A stretch of 64,000 nucleotides of DNA from Auanema rhodensis. Its lineage: Eukaryota; Animalia; Nematoda. Under the pieces are notes generated by a model. It was given only the letters and a program-made list of their open reading frames with translations. It did not search any database and was not told where the DNA came from. Below are positions 12,321-28,300 of the stretch, in pieces (the first letter of the stretch is position 1; each line of letters opens with the position of its first letter). Position numbers and translations under genes: made by a program. Location of the stretch: NCBI GenBank assembly GCA_964057225.1, contig CAXKVF010000085.1, positions 124,001 through 188,000 on the forward strand, in the 5' to 3' direction.

Positions 12321-14432
12321 TTTATGCTAATTAAATGTACACGTGATGTGCACTTGGTATGTAACTCGCTTCACGTGAAAGATAAAGAGATGCGGTTTTC
12401 AAAATTAGATTCCCCATGTCCATATTAGTCTAAAAACAAATTTTTATTGATATTGGTTCATGGTAACCATGACTTTGAAATTTACGTGAACTTTAATTTA
12501 TGCTAATTAAATGTACACGTGATGTGCACTTGGTATGTAACTCGCTTCACGTGAAAGATAAAGAGATGCGGTTTTCAAAATTAGATTCCCCATGTCCATA
12601 TTAGTCTAAAAACAAATTTTTATTGATATTGCTTCATGGTAACCATGACTTTGAAGTTTACGTGAACTTTAATTTATGCTAATTAAATGTACACGTGATG
12701 TGCACTTGGTATGTAACTCGCTTCACGTGAAAGATAAAGAGATGCGGTTTTCAAAATTAGATTCCCCATGTCCATATTAGTCTAAAAACAAATTTTTATT
12801 GATATTGGTTCATGGTAACCATGACTTTGAAATTTACGTGAACTTTAATTTATGCTAATTAAATGTACACGTGATGTGCACTTGGTATGTAACTCGCTTC
12901 ACGTGAAAGATAAAGAGATGCGGTTTTCAAAATTAGATTCCCCATGTCCATATTAGTCTAAAAACAAATTTTTATTGATATTGCTTCATGGTAACCATGA
13001 CTTTGAAATTTACGTGAACTTTAATTTATGCTAATTAAATGTACACGTGATGTGCACTTGGTATGTAACTCGCTTCACGTGAAAGATAAAGAGATGCGGT
13101 TTTCAAAATTAGATTCCCCATGTCCATATTAGTCTAAAAACAAATTTTTATTGATATTGCTTCATGGTAACCATGACTTTGAAGTTTACGTGAACTTTAA
13201 TTTATGCTAATTAAATGTACACGTGATGTGCACTTGGTATGTAACTCGCTTCACGTGAAAGATAAAGAGATGCGGTTTTCAAAATTAGATTCCCCATGTC
13301 CATATTAGTCTAAAAACAAATTTTTATTGATATTGGTTCATGGTAACCATGACTTTGAAATTTACGTGAACTTTAATTTATGCTAATTAAATGTACACGT
13401 GATGTGCACTTGGTATGTAACTCGCTTCACGTGAAAGATAAAGAGATGCGGTTTTCAAAATTAGATTCCCCATGTCCATATTAGTCTAAAAACAAATTTT
13501 TATTGATATTGGTTCATGGTAACCATGACTTTGAAATTTACGTGAACTTTAATTTATGCTAATTAAATGTACACGTGATGTGCACTTGGTATGTAACTCG
13601 CTTCACGTGAAAGATAAAGAGATGCGGTTTTCAAAATTAGATTCCCCATGTCCATATTAGTCTAAAAACAAATTTTTATTGATATTGCTTCATGGTAACC
13701 ATGACTTTGAAGTTTACGTGAACTTTAATTTATGCTAATTAAATGTACACGTGATGTGCACTTGGTATGTAACTCGCTTCACGTGAAAGATAAAGAGATG
13801 CGGTTTTCAAAATTAGATTCCCCATGTCCATATTAGTCTAAAAACAAATTTTTATTGATATTGGTTCATGGTAACCATGACTTTGAAATTTACGTGAACT
13901 TTAATTTATGCTAATTAAATGTACACGTGATGTGCACTTGGTATGTAACTCGCTTCACGTGAAAGATAAAGAGATGCGGTTTTCAAAATTAGATTCCCCA
14001 TGTCCATATTAGTCTAAAAACAAATTTTTATTGATATTGCTTCATGGTAACCATGACTTTGAAATTTACGTGAACTTTAATTTATGCTAATTAAATGTAC
14101 ACGTGATGTGCACTTGGTATGTAACTCGCTTCACGTGAAAGATAAAGAGATGCGGTTTTCAAAATTAGATTCCCCATGTCCATATTAGTCTAAAAACAAA
14201 TTTTTATTGATATTGCTTCATGGTAACCATGACTTTGAAGTTTACGTGAACTTTAATTTATGCTAATTAAATGTACACGTGATGTGCACTTGGTATGTAA
14301 CTCGCTTCACGTGAAAGATAAAGAGATGCGGTTTTCAAAATTAGATTCCCCATGTCCATATTAGTCTAAAAACAAATTTTTATTGATATTGGTTCATGGT
14401 AACCATGACTTTGAAATTTACGTGAACTTTAA
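12321..14432 (+). repeat. 6-monomer (1056-bp) higher-order unit, 2 tandem copies
   Basis: The allele pattern consensus, G136C+A160G, consensus, G136C, G136C+A160G, consensus occurs twice. Only common variants support it, so support is moderate. Confidence 0.7.
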
Positions 14433-17072
14433 TTTATGTTAATTAAATGTACACGTGATGTGCACTTGGTATGTAACTCGCTTCACGTGAAAGATAAAGA
14501 GATGCGGTTTTCAAAATTAGATTCCCCATGTCCATATTAGTCTAAAAACACATTTTTATTGATATTGGTTCATGGTAACCATGACTTTGAAATTTACGTG
14601 AACTTTAATTTATGCTAATTAAATGTACACGTGATGTGCACTTGGTATGTAACTCGCTTCACGTGAAAGATAAAAAGATGCGGTTTTCAAAATTAGATTC
14701 CCCATGTCCATATTAGTCTAAAAACAAATTTTTATTGATATTGGTTCATGTTAACCATGACTTTGAAATTTACGTGAACTTTAATTTATGCTAATTAAAT
14801 GTACACGTGATGTGCACTTGGTATGTAACTCGCTTCACGTGAAAGATAAAGAGATGCGGTTTTCAAAATTAGATTCCCCATGTCCATATTAGTCTAAAAA
14901 CAAATTTTTATTGATATTGGTTCATGGTAACCATGACTTTGAAATTTACGTGAACTTTAATTTATGCTAATTAAATGTACACGTGATGTGCACTTGGTAT
15001 GTAACTCGCTTCACGTGAAAGATAAAGAGATGCGGTTTTCAAAATTAGATTCCCCATGTCCATATTAGTCTAAAAACAAATTTTTATTGATATTGGTGCA
15101 TGGTAACCATGACTTTGAAATTTACGTGAACTTTAATTTATGCTAATTAAATGTACACGTGATGTGCACTTGGTATGTAACTCGCTTCACGTGAAAGATA
15201 AAGAAATGCGGTTTTCAAAATTAGATTCCCCATGTCCATATTAGTCTAAAAACAAATTTTTATTGATATTGGTTCATGGTAACCATGACTTTGAAATTTA
15301 CGTGAACTTTAATTTATGCTAATTAAATGTACACGTGATGTGCACTTGGTATGTAACTCGCTTCACGTGAAAGATAAAGAGATGCGGTTTTCAAAATTAG
15401 ATTCCCCATGTCCATATTAGTCTAAAAACAAATTTTTATTGATATTGGTTCATGGTAACCATGACTTTGAAATTTACGTGAACTTTAATTTATGCTAATT
15501 AAATGTACACGTGATGTGCACTTGGTATGTAACTCGCTTCACGTGAAAGATAAAGAGATGCGGTTTTCAAAATTAGATTCCCCATGTCCATATTAGTCTA
15601 AAAACAAATTTTTATTGATATTGCTTCATGGTAACCATGACTTTGAAATTTACGTGAACTTTAATTTATGCTAATTAAATGTACACGTGATGTGCACTTG
15701 GTATGTAACTCGCTTCACGTGAAAGATAAAGAGATGAGGTTTTCAAAATTAGATTCCCCATGTCCATATTAGTCTAAAAACAAATTTTTATTGATATTGG
15801 TTCATGGTAACCATGACTTTGAAATTTACGTGAACTTTAATTTATGCTAATTAAATGTACACGTGATGTGCACTTGGTATGTAACTCGCTTCACGTGAAA
15901 GATAAAGAGATGCGGTTTTCAAAATTAGATTCCCCATGTCCATATTAGTCTAAAAACAAATTTTTATTGATATTGCTTCATGGTAACCATGACTTTGAAA
16001 TTTACGTGAACTTTAATTTATGCTAATTAAATGTACACGTGATGTGCACTTGGTATGTAACTCGCTTCACGTGAAAGATAAAGAGATGCGGTTTTCAAAA
16101 TTAGATTCCCCATGTCCATATTAGTCTAAAAACAAATTTTTATTGATATTGGTTCATGGTAACCATGACTTTGAAATTTACGTGAACTTTAATTTATGCT
16201 AATTAAATGTACACGTGATGTGCACTTGGTATGTAACTCGCTTCACGTGAAAGATAAAGAGATGCGGTTTTCAAAATTAGATTCCCCATGTCCATATTAG
16301 TCTAAAAACAAATTTTTATTGATATTGGTTCATGGTAACCATGACTTTGAAATTTACGTGAACTTTAATTTATGCTAATTAAATGTACACGTGATGTGCA
16401 CTTGGTATGTAACTCGCTTCACGTGAAAGATAAAGAGATGCGGTTTTCAAAATTAGATTCCTCATGTCCATATTAGTCTAAAAACAAATTTTTATTGATA
16501 TTGGTGCATGGTAACCATGACTTTGAAATTTACGTGAACTTTAATTTATGCTTATTAAATGTACACGTGATGTGCACTTGGTATGTAACTCGCTTCACGT
16601 GAAAGATAAAGAAATGCGGTTTTCAAAATTAGATTCCCCATGTCCATATTAGTCTAAAAACAAATTTTTATTGATATTGGTTCATGGTAACCATGACTTT
16701 GAAATTTACGTGAACTTTAATTTATGCTAATTAAATGTACACGTGATGTGCACTTGGTATGTAACTCGCTTCACGTGAAAGATAAAGAGATGCGGTTTTC
16801 AAAAATAGATTCCCCATGTCCATATTAGTCTAAAAACAAATTTTTATTGATATTGGTTCATGGTAACCATGACTTTGAAATTTACGTGAACTTTAATTTA
16901 TGCTAATTAAATGTACACGTGATGTGCACTTGGTATGTAACTTGCTTCACGTGAAAGATAAAGAGATGCGGTTTTCAAAATTAGATTCCCCATGTCCATA
17001 TTAGTCTAAAAACAAATTTTTATTGATATTGGTTCATGGTAACCATGACTTTGAAATTTACGTGAACTTTAA

Positions 17073-20000
17073 TTTATGCTAATTAAATGTACACGTGATG
17101 TGCACTTGGTATGTAACTCGCTTCACGTGAAAGATAAAGAGATGCGGTTTTCAAAATTAGATTCCTCATGTCCATATTAGTCTAAAAACAAATTTTTATT
17201 GATATTGGTGCATGGTAACCATGACTTTGAAATTTACGTGAACTTTAATTTATGTTAATTAAATGTACACGTGATGTGCACTTGGTATGTAACTCGCTTC
17301 ACGTGAAAGATAAAGAGATGCGGTTTTCAAAATTAGATTCCCCATGTCCATATTAGTCTAAAAACAAATTTTTATTGATATTGCTTCATGGTAACCATGA
17401 CTTTGAAGTTTACGTGAACTTTAATTTATGCTAATTAAATGTACACGTGATGTGCACTTGGTATGTAACTCGCTTCACGTGAAAGATAAAGAGATGCGGT
17501 TTTCAAAATTAGATTCCCCATGTCCATATTAGTCTAAAAACAAATTTTTATTGATATTGCTTCATGGTAACCATGACTTTGAAGTTTACGTGAACTTTAA
17601 TTTATGCTAATTAAATGTACACGTGATGTGCACTTGGTATGTAACTCGCTTCACGTGAAAGATAAAGAGATGCGGTTTTCAAAATTAGATTCCTCATGTC
17701 CATATTAGTCTAAAAACAAATTTTTATTGATATTGGTTCATGGTAACCATGACTTTGAAATTTACGTGAACTTTAATTTATGCTAATTAAATGTACACGT
17801 GATGTGCACTTGGTATGTAACTCGCTTCACGTGAAAGATAAAGAGATGCGGTTTTCAAAATTAGATTCCCCATGTCCATATTAGTCTAAAAACAAATTTT
17901 TATTGATATTGCTTCATGGTAACCATGACTTTGAAATTTACGTGAACTTTAATTTATGCTAATTAAATGTACACGTGATGTGCACTTGGTATGTAACTCG
18001 CTTCACGTGAAAGATAAAGAGATGCGGTTTTCAAAATTAGATTCCCCATGTCCATATTAGTCTAAAAACAAATTTTTATTGATATTGCTTCATGGTAACC
18101 ATGACTTTGAAGTTTACGTGAACTTTAATTTATGCTAATTAAATGTACACGTGATGTGCACTTGGTATGTAACTCGCTTCACGTGAAAGATAAAGAGATG
18201 CGGTTTCCAAAATTAGATTCCCCATGTCCATATTAGTCTAAAAACAAATTTTTATTGATATTGGTTCATGGTAACCATGACTTTGAAATTTACGTGAACT
18301 TTAATTTATGCTAATTAAATGTACACGTGATGTGCACTTGGTATGTAACTCGCTTCACGTGAAAGATAAAGAGATGCGGTTTTCAAAATTAGATTCCTCA
18401 TGTCCATATTAGTCTAAAAACAAATTTTTATTGATATTGGTGCATGGTAACCATGACTTTGAAATTTACGTGAACTTTAATTTATGTTAATTAAATGTAC
18501 ACGTGATGTGCACTTGGTATGTAACTCGCTTCACGTGAAAGATAAAGAGATGCGGTTTTCAAAATTAGATTCCCCATGTCCATATTAGTCTAAAAACAAA
18601 TTTTTATTGATATTGCTTCATGGTAACCATGACTTTGAAGTTTACGTGAACTTTAATTTATGCTAATTAAATGTACACGTGATGTGCACTTGGTATGTAA
18701 CTCGCTTCACGTGAAAGATAAAGAGATGCGGTTTTCAAAATTAGATTCCCCATGTCCATATTAGTCTAAAAACAAATTTTTATTGATATTGCTTCATGGT
18801 AACCATGACTTTGAAGTTTACGTGAACTTTAATTTATGCTAATTAAATGTACACGTGATGTGCACTTGGTATGTAACTCGCTTCACGTGAAAGATAAAGA
18901 GATGCGGTTTTCAAAATTAGATTCCTCATGTCCATATTAGTCTAAAAACAAATTTTTATTGATATTGGTTCATGGTAACCATGACTTTGAAATTTACGTG
19001 AACTTTAATTTATGCTAATTAAATGTACACGTGATGTGCACTTGGTATGTAACTCGCTTCACGTGAAAGATAAAGAGATGCGGTTTTCAAAATTAGATTC
19101 CCCATGTCCATATTAGTCTAAAAACAAATTTTTATTGATATTGCTTCATGGTAACCATGACTTTGAAATTTACGTGAACTTTAATTTATGCTAATTAAAT
19201 GTACACGTGATGTGCACTTGGTATGTAACTCGCTTCACGTGAAAGATAAAGAGATGCGGTTTTCAAAATTAGATTCCCCATTTCCATATTAGTCTAAAAA
19301 CAAATTTTTATTGATATTGCTTCATGGTAACCATGACTTTGAAGTTTACGTGAACTTTAATTTATGCTAATTAAATGTACACGTGATGTGCACTTGGTAT
19401 GTAACTCGCTTCACGTGAAAGATAAAGAGATGCGGTTTTCAAAATTAGATTCCCCATGTCCATATTAGTCTAAAAACAAATTTTTATTGATATTGGTTCA
19501 TGGTAACCATGACTTTGAAATTTACGTGAACTTTAATTTATGCTAATTAAATGTACACGTGATGTGCACTTGGTATGTAACTCGCTTCACGTGAAAGATA
19601 AAGAGATGCGGTTTTCAAAATTAGATTCCCCATGTCCATATTAGTCTAAAAACAAATTTTTATTGATATTGGTGCATGGTAACCATGACTTTGAAATTTA
19701 CGTGAACTTTAATTTATGCTAATTAAATGTACACGTGATGTGCACTTGGTATGTAACTCGCTTCACGTGAAAGATAAAGAAATGCGGTTTTCAAAATTAG
19801 ATTCCCCATGTCCATATTAGTCTAAAAACAAATTTTTATTGATATTGGTTCATGGTAACCATGACTTTGAAATTTACGTGAACTTTAATTTATGCTAATT
19901 AAATGTACACGTGATGTGCACTTGGTATGTAACTCGCTTCACGTGAAAGATAAAGAGATGCGGTTTTCAAAATTAGATTCCCCATGTCCATATTAGTCTA

Positions 20001-22704
20001 AAAACAAATTTTTATTGATATTGCTTCATGGTAACCATGACTTTGAAGTTTACGTGAACTTTAATTTATGCTAATTAAATGTACACGTGATGTGCACTTG
20101 GTATGTAACTCGCTTCACGTGAAAGATAAAGAGATGCGGTTTTCAAAATTAGATTCCTCATGTCCATATTAGTCTAAAAACAAATTTTTATTGATATTGG
20201 TTCATGGTAACCATGACTTTGAAATTTACGTGAACTTTAATTTATGCTAATTAAATGTACACGTGATGTGCACTTGGTATGTAACTCGCTTCACGTGAAA
20301 GATAAAGAGATGCGGTTTTCAAAATTAGATTCCCCATGTCCATATTAGTCTAAAAACAAATTTTTATTGATATTGCTTCATGGTAACCATGACTTTGAAA
20401 TTTACGTGAACTTTAATTTATGCTAATTAAATGTACACGTGATGTGCACTTGGTATGTAACTCGCTTCACGTGAAAGATAAAGAGATGCGGTTTTCAAAA
20501 TTAGATTCCCCATGTCCATATTAGTCTAAAAACAAATTTTTATTGATATTGCTTCATGGTAACCATGACTTTGAAGTTTACGTGAACTTTAATTTATGCT
20601 AATTAAATGTACACGTGATGTGCACTTGGTATGTAACTCGCTTCACGTGAAAGATAAAGAGATGCGGTTTCCAAAATTAGATTCCCCATGTCCATATTAG
20701 TCTAAAAACAAATTTTTATTGATATTGGTTCATGGTAACCATGACTTTGAAATTTACGTGAACTTTAATTTATGCTAATTAAATGTACACGTGATGTGCA
20801 CTTGGTATGTAACTCGCTTCACGTGAAAGATAAAGAGATGCGGTTTTCAAAATTAGATTCCTCATGTCCATATTAGTCTAAAAACAAATTTTTATTGATA
20901 TTGGTGCATGGTAACCATGACTTTGAAATTTACGTGAACTTTAATTTATGTTAATTAAATGTACACGTGATGTGCACTTGGTATGTAACTCGCTTCACGT
21001 GAAAGATAAAGAGATGCGGTTTTCAAAATTAGATTCCCCATGTCCATATTAGTCTAAAAACAAATTTTTATTGATATTGCTTCATGGTAACCATGACTTT
21101 GAAGTTTACGTGAACTTTAATTTATGCTAATTAAATGTACACGTGATGTGCACTTGGTATGTAACTCGCTTCACGTGAAAGATAAAGAGATGCGGTTTTC
21201 AAAATTAGATTCCCCATGTCCATATTAGTCTAAAAACAAATTTTTATTGATATTGCTTCATGGTAACCATGACTTTGAAGTTTACGTGAACTTTAATTTA
21301 TGCTAATTAAATGTACACGTGATGTGCACTTGGTATGTAACTCGCTTCACGTGAAAGATAAAGAGATGCGGTTTTCAAAATTAGATTCCTCATGTCCATA
21401 TTAGTCTAAAAACAAATTTTTATTGATATTGGTTCATGGTAACCATGACTTTGAAATTTACGTGAACTTTAATTTATGCTAATTAAATGTACACGTGATG
21501 TGCACTTGGTATGTAACTCGCTTCACGTGAAAGATAAAGAGATGCGGTTTTCAAAATTAGATTCCCCATGTCCATATTAGTCTAAAAACAAATTTTTATT
21601 GATATTGCTTCATGGTAACCATGACTTTGAAATTTACGTGAACTTTAATTTATGCTAATTAAATGTACACGTGATGTGCACTTGGTATGTAACTCGCTTC
21701 ACGTGAAAGATAAAGAGATGCGGTTTTCAAAATTAGATTCCCCATTTCCATATTAGTCTAAAAACAAATTTTTATTGATATTGCTTCATGGTAACCATGA
21801 CTTTGAAGTTTACGTGAACTTTAATTTATGCTAATTAAATGTACACGTGATGTGCACTTGGTATGTAACTCGCTTCACGTGAAAGATAAAGAGATGCGGT
21901 TTTCAAAATTAGATTCCCCATGTCCATATTAGTCTAAAAACAAATTTTTATTGATATTGGTTCATGGTAACCATGACTTTGAAATTTACGTGAACTTTAA
22001 TTTATGCTAATTAAATGTACACGTGATGTGCACTTGGTATGTAACTCGCTTCACGTGAAAGATAAAGAGATGCGGTTTTCAAAATTAGATTCCCCATGTC
22101 CATATTAGTCTAAAAACAAATTTTTATTGATATTGGTGCATGGTAACCATGACTTTGAAATTTACGTGAACTTTAATTTATGCTAATTAAATGTACACGT
22201 GATGTGCACTTGGTATGTAACTCGCTTCACGTGAAAGATAAAGAAATGCGGTTTTCAAAATTAGATTCCCCATGTCCATATTAGTCTAAAAACAAATTTT
22301 TATTGATATTGGTTCATGGTAACCATGACTTTGAAATTTACGTGAACTTTAATTTATGCTAATTAAATGTACACGTGATGTGCACTTGGTATGTAACTCG
22401 CTTCACGTGAAAGATAAAGAGATGCGGTTTTCAAAATTAGATTCCCCATGTCCATATTAGTCTAAAAACAAATTTTTATTGATATTGCTTCATGGTAACC
22501 ATGACTTTGAAGTTTACGTGAACTTTAATTTATGCTAATTAAATGTACACGTGATGTGCACTTGGTATGTAACTCGCTTCACGTGAAAGATAAAGAGATG
22601 CGGTTTTCAAAATTAGATTCCTCATGTCCATATTAGTCTAAAAACAAATTTTTATTGATATTGGTTCATGGTAACCATGACTTTGAAATTTACGTGAACT
22701 TTAA
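17073..22704 (+). repeat. 14-monomer (2464-bp) higher-order repeat with a nested 7-monomer (1232-bp) sub-duplication
   Basis: G98T (catttcc) at 19282 and 21746 and T79C in the monomers starting 18129 and 20593 recur at +2464. C94T+T138G followed by C7T occurs in the monomers starting 17073, 18305 (+1232) and 20769. Confidence 0.9.
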
Positions 22705-23760
22705 TTTATGCTAATTAAATGTACACGTGATGTGCACTTGGTATGTAACTCGCTTCACGTGAAAGATAAAGAGATGCGGTTTTCAAAATTAGATTCCCCA
22801 TGTCCATATTAGTCTAAAAACAAATTTTTATTGATATTGGTGCATGGTAACCATGACTTTGAAATTTACGTGAACTTTAATTTATGCTAATTAAATGTAC
22901 ACGTGATGTGCACTTGGTATGTAACTCGCTTCACGTGAAAGATAAAGAAATGCGGTTTTCAAAATTAGATTCCCCATGTCCATATTAGTCTAAAAACAAA
23001 TTTTTATTGATATTGGTTCATGGTAACCATGACTTTGAAATTTACGTGAACTTTAATTTATGCTAATTAAATGTACACGTGATGTGCACTTGGTATGTAA
23101 CTCGCTTCACGTGAAAGATAAAGAGATGCGGTTTTCAAAATTAGATTCCCCATGTCCATATTAGTCTAAAAACAAATTTTTATTGATATTGGTTCATGGT
23201 AACCATGACTTTGAAATTTACGTGAACTTTAATTTATGCTAATTAAATGTACACGTGATGTGCACTTGGTATGTAACTCGCTTCACGTGAAAGATAAAGA
23301 GATGCGGTTTTCAAAATTAGATTCCCCATGTCCATATTAGTCTAAAAACAAATTTTTATTGATATTGCTTCATGGTAACCATGACTTTGAAATTTACGTG
23401 AACTTTAATTTATGCTAATTAAATGTACACGTGATGTGCACTTGGTATGTAACTCGCTTCACGTGAAAGATAAAGAGATGCGGTTTTCAAAATTAGATTC
23501 CCCATGTCCATATTAGTCTAAAAACAAATTTTTATTGATATTGGTTCATGGTAACCATGACTTTGAAATTTACGTGAACTTTAATTTATGCTAATTAAAT
23601 GTACACGTGATGTGCACTTGGTATGTAACTCGCTTCACGTGAAAGATAAAGAGATGCGGTTTTCAAAATTAGATTCCCCATGTCCATATTAGTCTAAAAA
23701 CAAATTTTTATTGATATTGGTTCATGGTAACCATGACTTTGAAATTTACGTGAACTTTAA

Positions 23761-25168
23761 TTTATGCTAATTAAATGTACACGTGATGTGCACTTGGTAT
23801 GTAACTCGCTTCACGTGAAAGATAAAGAGATGCGGTTTTCAAAATTAGATTCCTCATGTCCATATTAGTCTAAAAACAAATTTTTATTGATATTGGTGCA
23901 TGGTAACCATGACTTTGAAATTTACGTGAACTTTAATTTATGCTTATTAAATGTACACGTGATGTGCACTTGGTATGTAACTCGCTTCACGTGAAAGATA
24001 AAGAAATGCGGTTTTCAAAATTAGATTCCCCATGTCCATATTAGTCTAAAAACAAATTTTTATTGATATTGGTTCATGGTAACCATGACCTTGAAATTTA
24101 CGTGAACTTTAATTTATGCTAATTAAATGTACACGTGATGTGCACTTGGTATGTAACTCGCTTCACGTGAAAGATAAAGAGATGCGGTTTTCAAAAATAG
24201 ATTCCCCATGTCCATATTAGTCTAAAAACAAATTTTTATTGATATTGGTTCATGGTAACCATGACTTTGAAATTTACGTGAACTTTAATTTATGCTAATT
24301 AAATGTACACGTGATGTGCACTTGGTATGTAACTCGCTTCACGTGAAAGATAAAGAGATGCGGTTTTCAAAATTAGATTCCCCATGTCCATATTAGTCTA
24401 AAAACAAATTTTTATTGATATTGGTTCATGGTAACCATGACTTTGAAATTTACGTGAACTTTAATTTATGCTAATTAAATGTACACGTGATGTGCACTTG
24501 GTATGTAACTCGCTTCACGTGAAAGATAAAGAGATGCGGTTTTCAAAATTAGATTCCTCATGTCCATATTAGTCTAAAAACAAATTTTTATTGATATTGG
24601 TGCATGGTAACCATGACTTTGAAATTTACGTGAACTTTAATTTATGCTTATTAAATGTACACGTGATGTGCACTTGGTATGTAACTCGCTTCACGTGAAA
24701 GATAAAGAAATGCGGTTTTCAAAATTAGATTCCCCATGTCCATATTAGTCTAAAAACAAATTTTTATTGATATTGGTTCATGGTAACCATGACTTTGAAA
24801 TTTACGTGAACTTTAATTTATGCTAATTAAATGTACACGTGATGTGCACTTGGTATGTAACTCGCTTCACGTGAAAGATAAAGAGATGCGGTTTTCAAAA
24901 ATAGATTCCCCATGTCCATATTAGTCTAAAAACAAATTTTTATTGATATTGGTTCATGGTAACCATGACTTTGAAATTTACGTGAACTTTAATTTATGCT
25001 AATTAAATGTACACGTGATGTGCACTTGGTATGTAACTCGCTTCACGTGAAAGATAAAGAGATGCGGTTTTCAAAATTAGATTCCCCATGTCCATATTAG
25101 TCTAAAAACAAATTTTTATTGATATTGGTTCATGGTAACCATGACTTTGAAATTTACGTGAACTTTAA
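23761..25168 (+). repeat. 4-monomer (704-bp) higher-order unit, 2 tandem copies; a distant relative lies at 16369-17072
   Basis: The order C94T+T138G / A9T+G69A / T85A (aaaaatag) / consensus repeats at +704. Confidence 0.85.
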
Positions 25169-25344
25169 TTTATGCTAATTAAATGTACACGTGATGTGCA
25201 CTTGGTATGTAACTCGCTTCACGTGAAAGATAAAGAGATGCGGTTTTCAAAATTAGATGCCACATGTCCATATTAGTCTAAAAACAAATGTTTATTGATA
25301 TTGCTTCATGGTAACCATGACTTTGAAATTTACGTGAACTTTAA

Positions 25345-28300
25345 TTTATGCTAATTAAATGTACACGTGATGTGCACTTGGTATGTAACTCGCTTCACGT
25401 GAAAGATAAAGAGATGCGGTTTTCAAAATTAGATTCCCCATGTCCATATTAGTCTAAAAACAAATTTTTATTGATATTGGTTCATGGTAACCATGACTTT
25501 GAAATTTACGTGAACTTTAATTTATGCTAATTAAATGTACACGTGATGTGCACTTGGTATGTAACTCGCTTCACGTGAAAGACAAAGAGATGCGGTTTTC
25601 AAAATTAGATTCCCCATGTCCATATTAGTCTAAAAACAAATTTTTATTGATATTGGTTCATGGTAACCATGACTTTGAAATTTACGTGAACTTTAATTTA
25701 TGCTAATTAAATGTACACGTGATGTGCACTTGGTATGTAACTCGCTTCACGTGAAAGATAAAGAGATGCGGTTTTCAAAATTAGATTCCCCATGTCCATA
25801 TTAGTCTAAAAACAAATTTTTATTGATATTGGTGCATGGTAACCATGACTTTGAAATTTACGTGAACTTTAATTTATGCTAATTAAATGTACACGTGATG
25901 TGCACTTGGTATGTAACTCGCTTCACGTGAAAGATAAAGAGATGCGGTTTCCAAAATTAGATTCCCCATGTCCATATTAGTCTAAAAACAAATTTTTATT
26001 GATATTGGTTCATGGTAACCATGACTTTGAAATTTACGTGAACTTTAATTTATGCTAATTAAATGTACACGTGATGTGCACTTGGTATGTAACTCGCTTC
26101 ACGTGAAAGATAAAGAGATGCGGTTTTCAAAATAAGATTCCCCATGTCCATATTAGTCTAAAAACAAATTTTTATTGATATTGGTGTATGGTAACCATGA
26201 CTTTGAATTTTACGTGAACTTTAATTTATGCTAATTAAATGTACACGTGATGTGCACTTGGTATGTAACTCGCTTCACGTGAAAGATAAAGAGATGCGGT
26301 TTTCAAAATTAGATTCCCCATGTCCATATTAGTCTAAAAACAAATTTTTATTGATATTGGTTCATGGTAACCATGACTTTGAAATTTACGTGAACTTTAA
26401 TTTATGCTAATTAAATGTACACGTGATGTGCACTTGGTATGTAACTCGCTTCACGTGAAAGATAAAGAGATGCGGTTTTCAAAATTAGATTCCCCATGTC
26501 CATATTAGTCTAAAAACAAATTTTTATTGATATTGCTTCATGGTAACCATGACTTTGAAATTTACGTGAACTTTAATTTATGCTAATTAAATGTACACGT
26601 GATGTGCACTTGGTATGTAACTCGCTTCACGTGAAAGATAAAGAGATGCGGTTTTCAAAATTAGATTCCCCATGTCCATATTAGTCTAAAAACAAATTTT
26701 TATTGATATTGGTTCATGGTAACCATGACTTTGAAATTTACGTGAACTTTAATTTATGCTAATTAAATGTACACTTGATGTGCACTTGGTATGTAACTCG
26801 CTTCACGTGAAAGATAAAGAGATGCGGTTTTCAAAATTAGATTCCCCACGTCCATATTAGTCTAAAAACAAATTTTTATTGATATTGGTTCATGGTAACC
26901 ATGACTTTGAAATTTACGTGAACTTTAATTTATGCTAATTAAATGTACACGTGATGTGCACTTGGTATGTAACTCGCTTCACGTGAAAGATAAAGAGATG
27001 CGGTTTTCAAAATTAGATTCCCCATGTCCATATTAGTCTAAAAACAAATTTTTATTGATATTGCTTCATGGTAACCATGACTTTGAAATTTACGTGAACT
27101 TTAATTTATGCTAATTAAATGTACACGTGATGTGCACTTGGTATGTAACTCGCTTCACGTGAAAGATGAAGAGATGCGGTTTTCAAAATTAGATTCCCCA
27201 TGTCCATATTAGTCTAAAAACAAATTTTTATTGATATTGGTTCATGGTAACCATGACTTTGAAATTTACGTGAACTTTAATTTATGCTAATTAAATGTAC
27301 ACGTGATGTGCACTTGGTATGTAACTCGCTTCACGTGAAAGATAAAGAGATGCGGTTTTCAAAATTAGATTCCCCATGTCCATATTAGTCTAAAAACAAA
27401 TTTTTATTGATATTGGTTCATGGTAACCATGACTTTGAAATTTACGTGAACTTTAATTTATGCTAATTAAATGTACACGTGATGTGCACTTGGTATGTAA
27501 CTCGCTTCACGTGAAAGATAAAGAGATGCGGTTTTTAAAATTAGATTCCCCATGTCCATATTAGTCTAAAAACAAATTTTTATTGATATTGGTGCATGGT
27601 AACCATGACTTTGAATTTTACGTGAACTTTAATTTATGCTAATTAAATGTACACGTGATGTGCACTTGGTATGTAACTCGCTTCACGTGAAAGATAAAGA
27701 GATGCGGTTTTCAAAATTAGATTCCCCATGTCCATATTAGTCTAAAAACAAATTTTTATTGATATTGGTTCATGGTAACCATGACTTTGAAATTTACGTG
27801 AAATTTAATTTATGCTAATTAAATGTACACGTGATGTGCACTTGGTATGTAACTCGCTTCACGTGAAAGATAAAGAGATGCGGTTTTCAAAATTAGATTC
27901 CCCATGTCCATATTAGTCTAAAAACAAATTTGTATTGATATTGGTTCATGGTAACCATGACGTTGAAATTTACGTGAACTTTAATTTATGCTAATTAAAT
28001 GTACACGTGATGTGCACTTGGTATGTAACTCGCTTCACGTGAAAGATAAAGAGATGCGGTTTTCAACATTAGATTCCCCATGTCCATATTAGTCTAAAAA
28101 CAAATTTTTATTGATATTGGTGCATGGTAACCATGACGTTGAAATTTACGTGAACTTTAATTTATGCTAATTAAATGTACACGTGATGTGCACTTGGTAT
28201 GTAACTCGCTTCACGTGAAAGATAAAGAGATGCGGTTTTCAACATTAGATTCCCCATGTCCATATTAGTCTAAAAACAAATTTTTATTGATATTGGTGCA

